Below, in pieces: positions 40,967 to 49,229 of a DNA stretch of 64,000 bases. Positions within the stretch are counted from its first letter, which is position 1, and each line of letters starts with the position of its first letter. The position numbers were made by a program, and so were the translations under genes. The notes under the pieces are model-generated. The model was not told the origin of the DNA. It saw only the letters and a program-made list of their open reading frames with translations, and made no database searches. Source of the DNA: an uncultured Flavobacteriales bacterium (GTDB lineage: Bacteria > Bacteroidota > Bacteroidia > Flavobacteriales > BACL11); NCBI GenBank assembly GCA_964004625.1, contig CAXFOB010000033.1, positions 23,820 to 87,819 of the forward strand, in the 5' to 3' direction.

Positions 40967-41875
40967 TTAATCAATAATAAGTTTATTTCTTACAGACTTC
41001 CCGTTCTCAAAATATATATTAATCAAATAAGTACCTTTCAATAAGATTTCTGTTGAAATTCTTGATGTTCTTTCTGAGATTATTTTTTCTCCTAAAATAT
41101 TATATATTTCAATATATGAAATATCAGATTTTGAATTGATTATAACATTTTTGCCTTGCGGAGTAGGATTTGGATACATTACATATGTAATATCTGGACT
41201 TCCAATTGAACTGGTAATGCAATCACAAATATGAGATCCCATTTCAATGTAAGTTGCATCAGGTAAAGAGTCATACTCTGTTGTTGGGTTGAATAAAAGA
41301 GGATTTAGTATTACTCCTTTCTTAACAGATGGTTTTCTAATTAATGTTTGTCTTTTTGTCCACCAAGTTCCTCCATTTGCATCAGTAAAGCCAGCAGTTA
41401 CATCATCAGTCCAAGCAGCACCAGGGTCTTCTCCTACCTTTCCAAAAATATCAATAACATTTCCATCTTTCTCTAATGTCATTGCGTCATCTCCATTAAA
41501 ATAAAATGTTGAATTATTATCATAATCTCCATTACAATGAAAGTCTAACATAGAATAAAAAACAGGATCTACTGGTAAAGACCAATATGTAGATACCCAA
41601 ACAGAATCAATTTGTCCATTACCAATTACAATCACATCTCCTGAAGCAATGGAACCTCCTAATTGCCATGATTCAGGCCCCGAGCTAGATCCATTACTAT
41701 ATCTATTTATAATGTATCCTCCTAAATCAATTGTTCCATTTGTAGGATTATAAATTTCAATCGCGTTATTGTTTCCTGGACCTTCAATATATTCTGATAT
41801 AAATAATTCAGAGCAATCTTGAGAGAAGACATTTAATGAGCATATTAAAGATAAGGAGAGGAGAATTTTTTTCAT
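40967..41875 (-). CDS. T9SS-secreted lamin-tail-domain protein
   Basis: Signal peptide. LFISEYIEG..NN.AIEIYNPT...IDL..Y, FNGDDA, IDIFG, TLIRK. MYPNP CTD. Confidence 0.85.
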   Translation of the reverse strand: MKKILLSLSLICSLNVFSQDCSELFISEYIEGPGNNNAIEIYNPTNGTIDLGGYIINRYSNGSSSGPESWQLGGSIASGDVIVIGNGQIDSVWVSTYWSLPVDPVFYSMLDFHCNGDYDNNSTFYFNGDDAMTLEKDGNVIDIFGKVGEDPGAAWTDDVTAGFTDANGGTWWTKRQTLIRKPSVKKGVILNPLLFNPTTEYDSLPDATYIEMGSHICDCITSSIGSPDITYVMYPNPTPQGKNVIINSKSDISYIEIYNILGEKIISERTSRISTEILLKGTYLINIYFENGKSVRNKLIID

Positions 41876-41903
41876 AGTTTTCTAGATTTAATAATTAATA
41901 AGG

Positions 41904-41911
41904 CAAATGTA
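41904..41911 (-). promoter_or_regulatory. -7 promoter element (TACATTTG) for the LTD-TBDR-PLD unit
   Basis: Exact TAnnTTTG match 28 nt upstream of the ATG. Confidence 0.55.
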
Positions 41912-42014
41912 CGAATTTTTCGTTTTTTTAAAAAGAAGATTAAGGTTTTATTTATTCATTTTTCTATATTTGGAAAATGCGGACTACAATAAGTGTTTTA
42001 TAAATCTGTTTAAT

Positions 42015-42022
42015 TATTTTTG
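42015..42022 (+). promoter_or_regulatory. -7 promoter element (TATTTTTG), 4 nt before ATG 42027
   Basis: Exact TAnnTTTG match. Confidence 0.55.
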
Positions 42023-42026
42023 CCAC

Positions 42027-42758
42027 ATGTCAGACAGTTTAATAATCATTCCTACATATAACGAAAAGGAAAATATTGAGAAAATAATAAGAAAAGTTTT
42101 CTCATTAGATAAACCGTTTCATATTTTAGTAATAGAAGATGGATCTCCTGATGGAACCGCGAATATTGTGAAGGAATTACAAAAAGAATTTACTGACAAT
42201 TTATTTATAGAAGAAAGGACTGGAAAACTTGGTCTTGGAACTGCATACATTCATGGGTTTAAGTGGGCATTAAAAAAAGATTATCAATATATTTTTGAAA
42301 TGGATGCCGATTTCTCTCACAATCCAGATGATCTTATTAGATTATATTATGCATGTAAGAAATCAGGTGGTCAAGTTGCTATTGGATCTAGATATGTTCA
42401 GGGTGTAAATATTGTAAATTGGCCTATGTCAAGATTATTAATGTCCTTTTTTGCATCGAAATACGTTAAAATAATAACCGGAATGCCAGTAAATGATGCA
42501 ACTGCAGGATTTAAGTGTTATAAAAGAGAGGTTTTAGAAACAATTAAGTTTAACAAAATTCAGTTTGTAGGTTATGCATTTCAGATTGAAATGAAGTTTA
42601 AGTCTTGGAAATATGGATTTAATATTATAGAAGTTCCGGTAATCTTTACTGATAGAACTGAAGGAGACTCAAAAATGAGCGGTGGTATTTTTAGAGAAGC
42701 TGTTTTTGGAGTAATCCAGATGAAGGTAAAAAGCCTTTTTCGAAAATTTAATAGATAA
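42027..42758 (+). CDS. Polyprenol monophosphomannose synthase (DPM1-like GT2)
   Basis: IIPTYNEKENI, DGSPDGTA, GKLGLGTAY, EMDADFSH, GSRY, DATAGF. Start moved to ATG 42027. Confidence 0.92.
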   Translation: MSDSLIIIPTYNEKENIEKIIRKVFSLDKPFHILVIEDGSPDGTANIVKELQKEFTDNLFIEERTGKLGLGTAYIHGFKWALKKDYQYIFEMDADFSHNPDDLIRLYYACKKSGGQVAIGSRYVQGVNIVNWPMSRLLMSFFASKYVKIITGMPVNDATAGFKCYKREVLETIKFNKIQFVGYAFQIEMKFKSWKYGFNIIEVPVIFTDRTEGDSKMSGGIFREAVFGVIQMKVKSLFRKFNR

Positions 42759-44089
42759 TGCGTACACTAATTAAAAATGCTTCTATAGTAAATGAAGGGG
42801 AAATTTATACTTCAGATGTACTTATAGAGGAGGAGAGAATACAGCAAATTTCGGAGAATATAGAGATAGATGCAGATTTGGAAATTGATGCATCTGGAAA
42901 ATATTTGTTCCCTGGAATAATTGATGATCAAGTACATTTTAGAGAGCCTGGTCTTACTCATAAAGCAAATATATATACCGAAAGTAAGGCAGCAATTGCG
43001 GGGGGAATAACCTCTTTTATGGAAATGCCAAACACAAACCCTCATTCTCTTACTCAAGAATTGTTAGAGGAGAAATTTAAAATTGCAGAAAGTACTTCTC
43101 TTGCAAACTATACTTTTTTTATGGGTGTTTCTAATAATAATCTTGAGGAGGTATTAAAAACAGATCCGAAAACTGTAGGTGCTTTAAAGATTTTCATGGG
43201 GTCTTCAACAGGTGATATGTTAGTGGATGATAGAAAAGTTCTCGAGGAAATATTTGAGAAATCTCCAATGCTTATAGCGGTTCATTGTGAGGATGAAGAT
43301 ATAATCAGACACAATATAGAAAAGGCAAAAAATCAATACGGAGAGAATGTTCCTATTTCAGAACATCCCAATATTCGTTCTTCTGAAGCATGTTATAAAT
43401 CTTCCTCAATGGCAGTTGAACTTGCGAAGAAATACAATACAAGACTTCACGTTTTCCATCTTTCTACTGAAAAAGAGTTAGAGTTATTTGATAATACAAT
43501 TCCTTTGTCTGAAAAAAGAATTACAGCTGAGGTTTGTATTCATCATTTATGGTTTAATAAAGATATGTACAAAGAAAAAGGGACACTTATTAAATGGAAT
43601 CCTGCAGTAAAAAAAGAGAGCGATAGATCAGCTTTGTTCCAAGCTTTATTGGATGATAAATTAGATGTAATAGCAACAGATCATGCTCCTCATACCTTAG
43701 AGGAAAAATCGAATACTTATTTTAAAGCTCCATCTGGAGGCCCTTTAGTTCAGCATGCTCTTCCAGTAATGATTGAATTTTACAAACAGGGTAAAATTTC
43801 TTTAGAAAAAATAGTAGAAAAGATGTGCCATAACCCTGCTATTTTATTTCAGATTCAAGAAAGAGGATATGTGAAAGAAGGCTTTTATGCAGATTTAGTA
43901 TTAGTCGACTTAGAAAAATCTTGGAATGTAAATAAGGATAATATATTATATAAATGTGGATGGTCTCCATTTGAAGGGTATAACTTTACATCTAAAGTGA
44001 GTCATACTTTTGTAAATGGAAACCTTGTGTATAAATATGGTGTTTTTGATGAATCAATAAAAGGTAAAAGATTAAGGTTTAACCGATAA
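42758..44089 (+). CDS. pyrC: Dihydroorotase
   Basis: PGIIDDQVHFREPG, EMPNT, KIFMGSSTG, VHCE, KWNP, ATDHAPH. Confidence 0.92.
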   Translation: MRTLIKNASIVNEGEIYTSDVLIEEERIQQISENIEIDADLEIDASGKYLFPGIIDDQVHFREPGLTHKANIYTESKAAIAGGITSFMEMPNTNPHSLTQELLEEKFKIAESTSLANYTFFMGVSNNNLEEVLKTDPKTVGALKIFMGSSTGDMLVDDRKVLEEIFEKSPMLIAVHCEDEDIIRHNIEKAKNQYGENVPISEHPNIRSSEACYKSSSMAVELAKKYNTRLHVFHLSTEKELELFDNTIPLSEKRITAEVCIHHLWFNKDMYKEKGTLIKWNPAVKKESDRSALFQALLDDKLDVIATDHAPHTLEEKSNTYFKAPSGGPLVQHALPVMIEFYKQGKISLEKIVEKMCHNPAILFQIQERGYVKEGFYADLVLVDLEKSWNVNKDNILYKCGWSPFEGYNFTSKVSHTFVNGNLVYKYGVFDESIKGKRLRFNR

Positions 44090-44165
44090 AAAAGATATAT
44101 ATTTTTTTTAAAAGTTTATATTTTGAGTATGGTTTTAATTAAGAATATTTTTCTAACCTCTTCAA

Positions 44166-44354
44166 TTATTTTGTGATAGTTTCATGAATAGTTGTGTCAG
44201 TTTCTTCTGTAACACAACATTCTTTTTTCACACTTTCCTCACAAACCTCTTTGGTGTCTGAAAAAACATCAGTTTTGTTAGCGTCTCCACAAGACATGAA
44301 TGTTATCGTGAATAAAAATAACATAATTCTGAAAATTGGTGTTGTTTTTTTCAT
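44166..44354 (-). CDS. Small Cys-containing lipoprotein (62 aa)
   Basis: MKKTTPIFRIMLFLFTITFMS-C lipobox. Start moved to ATG 44354. TATATTTG element at 44391-44384. Confidence 0.65.
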   Translation of the reverse strand: MKKTTPIFRIMLFLFTITFMSCGDANKTDVFSDTKEVCEESVKKECCVTEETDTTIHETITK

Positions 44355-44408
44355 TTTATAAATGTATCTAATTAATAATATATCAAATATATTAAACAAA
44401 AAATATAT

Positions 44409-44440
44409 AAAAAAAGGATATCCAATTGGATATCCTTTTT
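44409..44440 (-). terminator. Terminator formed by a perfect 30-bp palindrome
   Basis: AAAAAGGATATCCAATTGGATATCCTTTTT (44411-44440). Gives a T7 tail on the minus strand, 16 nt after the stop at 44457. Confidence 0.85.
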
Positions 44441-44456
44441 GACTTTTTGAGTAAAA

Positions 44457-44633
44457 TTACTCAGCAGAATCTTCATCATCAGTTTCTGAAACTTCTTCAT
44501 TAGCAACTTCTTCAGTAGCAACCTCTTCAGTAGCAACCTCTTCAGTAGTAACTTCGTCAGCACCTCCACAAGAAGATAGTACTAGAGCAAACAAAAATGA
44601 GATCACTCCAAACATGGACATTAATTTTTTCAT
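44457..44633 (-). CDS. Small acidic lipoprotein (58 aa) with EEVAT repeats, not in the ORF track
   Basis: Hand translation MKKLMSMFGVISFLFALVLSS-CGGADEVTTEEVATEEVATEEVANEEVSETDDEDSAE. Has its own promoter motif and terminator. Confidence 0.85.
   Translation of the reverse strand: MKKLMSMFGVISFLFALVLSSCGGADEVTTEEVATEEVATEEVANEEVSETDDEDSAE
44488..44558 (-). repeat. 15-bp tandem repeat (about 4-5 imperfect copies) encoding EEVAT
   Basis: Plus-strand unit AGTAGCAACCTCTTC and variants. Ends approximate. Confidence 0.8.
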
Positions 44634-44664
44634 TTTTAATAAAATTGTTTGATTAATAATAGTG

Positions 44665-44692
44665 CAAATATATCTAATTAAAAATACATTTG
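44665..44692. promoter_or_regulatory. Closely spaced divergent -7 elements (TATATTTG minus 44672-44665; TACATTTG plus 44685-44692)
   Basis: Two exact TAnnTTTG matches in a 63-nt intergenic region. Confidence 0.6.
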
Positions 44693-44696
44693 CAAT

Positions 44697-45035
44697 GTGA
44701 AACGGATTTTTTTTATTGTATTAATTTCCCTAATTGCTTGTGATAATAATTCAAGTCAAAAAATAGATATTGCAAGTATCTCTATAGATGAGTTTTCCGT
44801 AATACTAGAGGAAGTACATGTGGCAGAGGCAACATACCAACTGAACAAGATAAGTGATTTAAAAAGTGCGGAAAAAGATCTTTTACAAGCTTACGCTAGA
44901 ATCTTTAAAGAGAATAATACTACCAAATCTGAGTTTAAAAGAAATTTAAAATACTATTCTAAAAATTTAGAGGAGTTAGATAAAGTTTACGAAAAAATTT
45001 TAGAAAGTCTAAAAGAAATCCAATCAAATCTTTAG
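44697..45035 (+). CDS. DUF4296-like lipoprotein
   Basis: Lipobox LIA-C. ILEEVHVAEA...FKRNLKYYS...VYE pattern. GTG start. Confidence 0.7.
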   Translation: MKRIFFIVLISLIACDNNSSQKIDIASISIDEFSVILEEVHVAEATYQLNKISDLKSAEKDLLQAYARIFKENNTTKSEFKRNLKYYSKNLEELDKVYEKILESLKEIQSNL

Positions 45036-46039
45036 TCAATTTTTTCAGAAAACCAATTACAGTATTTACGAATACTATCTTTAATAGGAGTAAACTTATA
45101 CCCCAAAATTTTGTCTATTTTTTTCGTTGAATAGTAAGATTTGTTCATAGCAGAATTTGCAGACTCCCTTGTGATTAATTCTTTTTTTCCAGTTAGAAAA
45201 GAAATAATATATTCGGCCCTCCAAGCAATTTCTTTTAAAAACGGAGTTACTTTAATAGTTGCTCTTTTTTTTCCAAATCCATCTGCAATCCAATCAAATA
45301 CATCTCTATATTTCAGGTTTTCTCCGTTTATAATAAAACGTTCATTTTTTATATCAGAATGAAGTAATAAAATTGCGCAATTTGCCACATCTACTACATC
45401 TACATATCCTGTACTTCCACTAGTATAAAATTTTAATCCGTGATATATTTTCTGAAAAATTTGAGAACTTCCTTTTGTCCAATCTCCAGGACCTAAAATA
45501 AAAGAAGGGTTGGAGATTACTACATCTAACCCCTCTTGTGACGCGCGCCAAACTTCTTGTTCGGAATAATATTTAGATAAAGAGTAGTTACTTTCCTTGT
45601 GATTAATTTTAAAATAGCATTCTTCATCTATAATCTTTTGTTCACATGTATTTCTACCTAATGCTGCAATCGAACTAATATAGGACACTTTTTTCATTCC
45701 TAATGAAATAGCAAGATTCATGACATTTTTAGTGCCTTCTATATTTATTTTGTTCATCTGTTCAGCATCTTCTTTATGAAATGATACCATAGCTGCAGCA
45801 TGAATAACTTTATTACAATCTTTCATAGCTTCTTCTAAAGATGGGATATCGTTCACATCTCCATTTTCCCAAATGATGGAATTAAAAAGATGGTCTGCTT
45901 CATAGTAGTTAAACACATTTTTACAAATATCTAGTGAGCTATTTTTTCTTTTTAGGGCCTTAAATGGAATCTTTTGCTGAGATAATTTAAGTAATATATG
46001 CGATCCAACAAGTCCTGTTCCTCCAGTAATAAATATCAT
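45032..46039 (-). CDS. NAD-dependent epimerase/dehydratase (dihydroflavonol reductase-like)
   Basis: ITGGTGLVGS, HAAAMVSF, SSIAALG, YSLSK. Confidence 0.88.
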   Translation of the reverse strand: MIFITGGTGLVGSHILLKLSQQKIPFKALKRKNSSLDICKNVFNYYEADHLFNSIIWENGDVNDIPSLEEAMKDCNKVIHAAAMVSFHKEDAEQMNKINIEGTKNVMNLAISLGMKKVSYISSIAALGRNTCEQKIIDEECYFKINHKESNYSLSKYYSEQEVWRASQEGLDVVISNPSFILGPGDWTKGSSQIFQKIYHGLKFYTSGSTGYVDVVDVANCAILLLHSDIKNERFIINGENLKYRDVFDWIADGFGKKRATIKVTPFLKEIAWRAEYIISFLTGKKELITRESANSAMNKSYYSTKKIDKILGYKFTPIKDSIRKYCNWFSEKID

Positions 46040-46043
46040 ATTG

Positions 46044-46111
46044 CAAAGATAGGAGAATACAGATTAGTTGAGTGATATTGGAGTGTAGATTTAAAAAATT
46101 GTCTATTTTTG
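46044..46111. promoter_or_regulatory. Divergent -7 elements (TATCTTTG minus 46051-46044; TATTTTTG plus 46104-46111)
   Basis: Two exact TAnnTTTG matches. Confidence 0.55.
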
Positions 46112-46126
46112 AAAAAAATAAAACAT

Positions 46127-47395
46127 ATGAATTTTGTAGAAGAATTAAAATGGAGGGGGATGATACATGATATCATGCCAGGGACGGAAGATCAATTTCA
46201 GAAGGAAATGACTTCTGCCTACATTGGTTTTGATCCCACTTCAGATTCTCTACATATCGGTAGTTTAGTGCAAATCATGATATTAGTTCATTTACAAATA
46301 TGTGGACACAAACCTATTGCACTTGTTGGTGGAGCAACAGGAATGGTTGGGGATCCTTCTGGTAAAAGTGAGGAGAGAAACTTGTTGGATGAAAAAACAC
46401 TAAATCATAATTTAAGTTGTGTTCAAAATCAATTGGAGAGATTTTTGGATTTTGACTGTGGAGAAAACTCTGCAGAGGTAGTAAATAATTACGATTGGTT
46501 TAAGGAATTTAATTTTTTGGATTTTATCCGTGATATTGGGAAACATGTGTCGGTAAATTACATGATGGCAAAAGATTCTGTGAAAAGTAGATTGGAAACC
46601 GGAATGAGTTTTACTGAATTCTCTTACCAATTAGTTCAAGGATATGACTTTTACTGGCTTTGGAAAAACAAAAATTGTAAAGTACAATTAGGAGGTTCTG
46701 ACCAGTGGGGAAATATTGTTACTGGAACGGAATTAGTTAGAAGAAAAGGAGGGGGAAAAGCATTTGCTGTAACAACTCCACTGATTAAAAAGGCAGATGG
46801 CGGTAAATTTGGGAAAACTGAAAGTGGTAATGTATGGTTGGATAAAACAAAAACATCTCCTTACAAATTCTACCAATTTTGGTTAAACTCCACTGATGAA
46901 GATTCTAAAAAATACATTAAGATTTTCACTCTTTTATCTCAAACAGAAATAGAAAATTTAATGGACGAACATGATAAAAATCCTCATTTACGGATTTTAC
47001 AAAAAGCAATTGCAGACGAAGTGACTACAAGAGTGCATAGCAAGGAAGACTTGCAAATGGCTATAAAAGCATCAAATATTTTATTTGGTAAATCAACTAC
47101 TGAAGATTTAAAAAGTTTAGATGAAGAAACATTTCTTTCTGTTTTTGAAGGAGTCCCACAATTTGAGATGAAAAAGCAAGATTTAGAACTAGGAATTTTG
47201 GATGTTGTTGCAGAAAAAACCAAAATATTTGGATCAAAAGGTGAGGCGAGGCGAATGATTAAAAGTAATGCGGTTAGTATAAATAAAGATAAAATTACTG
47301 AAGATGTTCAATTATCTGAAAATGACTTATTGAACGGAAAATATATTTTAGCACAAAAGGGTAAAAAGAATTATTTTTTAATTATTATTTCCTAA
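46127..47395 (+). CDS. tyrS: Tyrosine--tRNA ligase
   Basis: [31 protein letters not shown]4-like C-terminus. Start moved to ATG 46127. Confidence 0.97.
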   Translation: MNFVEELKWRGMIHDIMPGTEDQFQKEMTSAYIGFDPTSDSLHIGSLVQIMILVHLQICGHKPIALVGGATGMVGDPSGKSEERNLLDEKTLNHNLSCVQNQLERFLDFDCGENSAEVVNNYDWFKEFNFLDFIRDIGKHVSVNYMMAKDSVKSRLETGMSFTEFSYQLVQGYDFYWLWKNKNCKVQLGGSDQWGNIVTGTELVRRKGGGKAFAVTTPLIKKADGGKFGKTESGNVWLDKTKTSPYKFYQFWLNSTDEDSKKYIKIFTLLSQTEIENLMDEHDKNPHLRILQKAIADEVTTRVHSKEDLQMAIKASNILFGKSTTEDLKSLDEETFLSVFEGVPQFEMKKQDLELGILDVVAEKTKIFGSKGEARRMIKSNAVSINKDKITEDVQLSENDLLNGKYILAQKGKKNYFLIIIS

Positions 47396-47834
47396 CTTGT
47401 TTTAAAGCCTTTGCTAATTCATGGTGTTTTTGGCTTCCGAACAAAATGTTTGTTCCATTTTTCAAGAAAATTTTCACACCTTTATTCCCACATATATTAT
47501 AAGCCTTGCCTTTAAATCCATACCTAATTCCCCATCCTCCATATTCTGCTAATGGTTTGTATTGCAAAGGTTCTATTTTTTCTATTTCTTCAGTTTTTAT
47601 AGTGTGAGATTTTAAGTGAAATGGAAAAAATTGGTAGTGCAATCCTTTTTCATTTACCTTTATCCTCAACTGAAAAAAATAAAATAAGAGTGGTAGTGCT
47701 ACTCCTATTAAGACGTGATTGTAATTTATTTCTTTCTCATCAAAAGGACCAAATGCCATTATTGGGAATGAGAGTAATATTACCCATAACCACCATTGTG
47801 TAAATCTTTGATTTTCTTCAAATATATGTTTCAT
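47385..47834 (-). CDS. Small membrane protein (DUF6141-like)
   Basis: [13 protein letters not shown], two TM segments, [12 protein letters not shown]. Confidence 0.65.
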   Translation of the reverse strand: MKHIFEENQRFTQWWLWVILLSFPIMAFGPFDEKEINYNHVLIGVALPLLFYFFQLRIKVNEKGLHYQFFPFHLKSHTIKTEEIEKIEPLQYKPLAEYGGWGIRYGFKGKAYNICGNKGVKIFLKNGTNILFGSQKHHELAKALKQVRK

Positions 47835-47837
47835 TGT

Positions 47838-49226
47838 TTAATTATAATTTGCGACGTAATTTTCAAAGAAGTGAGGAATAGTTTCAATTCCTTTTAAGTA
47901 ATTAAAAATTCCATAATGTTCATTTGGGGAATGAATAGCGTCTGAATCCAAACCAAAACCAAGTAAAATAGATTTTACACCTAATTCTTTTTCAAATAAA
48001 GCGACAATAGGGATAGACCCTCCACTTTTCACAGGAACAGGTTTTTTTCCATAAGTAGTTTCCATAGCCTTACTCGCTGCGACATACGCAGGGATATCAG
48101 TTGGAGAAACATAAGGTTCTCCTCCATGATGAGGGTTAACTTGAACTTTTACTGACTTGGGAGCTATACTTTTAAAATAGTCAGAGAATAAGTTTGTGAT
48201 TTCTTCATCTGATTGATTAGGAACTAATCTCATAGAAATTTTAGCATAGGCTTTTGATGCAATTACTGTTTTTGCTCCTTCACCAGTATACCCTCCCCAA
48301 ATTCCGTTTACATCCAATGTTGGACGTATTCCTGTACGTTCCATAGTAGAATAACCTTCTTCTCCATGTATATCTGATAATTCTAAAGCGGCTTTGTACT
48401 TGTCTAATGAAAAAGGAGATCTAGCAATATCTCTCCTCTCTTCATTTGAAAGTTCCACAACATTGTCGTAAAAACCAGGAATTGTAATATGATTGTTCTC
48501 GTCTTTCATTTTCGCAATCATCTTACATAAAATATTGATAGGATTCGCAACAGCACCACCGTATAATCCTGAATGTAAATCACGATTGGGACCCGTAACT
48601 TCTACCTCAATATAACTCAATCCTCTTAATCCTGTTGTAATTGATGGTGTGTCATTTGCAATAATTCCAGTGTCTGAAATTAAGATAGCATCACAATTTA
48701 ATCTTTCTTTATTTGATTGCACAAAAACCCCTAGATTCTCAGAACCAACTTCTTCTTCACCTTCAATCATGAACTTGATATTACAAGGCAAAGTATTAGT
48801 TCTCATCATCAACTCAAACGCCTTTATATGCATGTAGAACTGACCTTTGTCATCACAAGCTCCTCTAGCAAATATTGCTCCTTCAGGATGAATATTAGTC
48901 TTTTTAATTACTGGTTCAAAAGGTCCGCTTGTCCATAATTCTAAAGGATCAGCAGGTTGTACATCATAATGCCCGTATACCAAAACAGTTGGTAAATCTG
49001 GGTTTATAATTTTTTCTGCATAAACAATTGGGTATCCTGCTGTTTTACAAATTTCAATATTGTCAGCGCCAGCATCTTGCATGGATTTTGCTACTGCTTC
49101 TGCACAATTCAATACATCTGTTTTGTAATCTGGGTCAGCAGAAATTGAAGGTATTTTCAATAACTCAATCAATTCATGAATAAATCTATCCTTGTTTTCG
49201 TGTATGTAATTATTTATATGTTCCAT
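47838..49226 (-). CDS. M20-family dipeptidase
   Basis: YGHYDVQP, ARGACDDKGQ, EGEEEVGS, DLHSG, GGSIP, HSPNE. Confidence 0.92.
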   Translation of the reverse strand: MEHINNYIHENKDRFIHELIELLKIPSISADPDYKTDVLNCAEAVAKSMQDAGADNIEICKTAGYPIVYAEKIINPDLPTVLVYGHYDVQPADPLELWTSGPFEPVIKKTNIHPEGAIFARGACDDKGQFYMHIKAFELMMRTNTLPCNIKFMIEGEEEVGSENLGVFVQSNKERLNCDAILISDTGIIANDTPSITTGLRGLSYIEVEVTGPNRDLHSGLYGGAVANPINILCKMIAKMKDENNHITIPGFYDNVVELSNEERRDIARSPFSLDKYKAALELSDIHGEEGYSTMERTGIRPTLDVNGIWGGYTGEGAKTVIASKAYAKISMRLVPNQSDEEITNLFSDYFKSIAPKSVKVQVNPHHGGEPYVSPTDIPAYVAASKAMETTYGKKPVPVKSGGSIPIVALFEKELGVKSILLGFGLDSDAIHSPNEHYGIFNYLKGIETIPHFFENYVANYN

Positions 49227-49229
49227 TTT

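Noticed and set aside
44488..44558. Tandem repeat as a possible CRISPR or mobile-element signature
   Set aside because: Units are contiguous, in frame and spacer-free, and no cas or transposase genes are present.
44372..44569. 65-aa ORF with LLLKR repeats
   Set aside because: It is an alternate frame of the 15-bp repeat and runs through the terminator. The lipoprotein frame 44457-44633 has a signal peptide, promoter and terminator.
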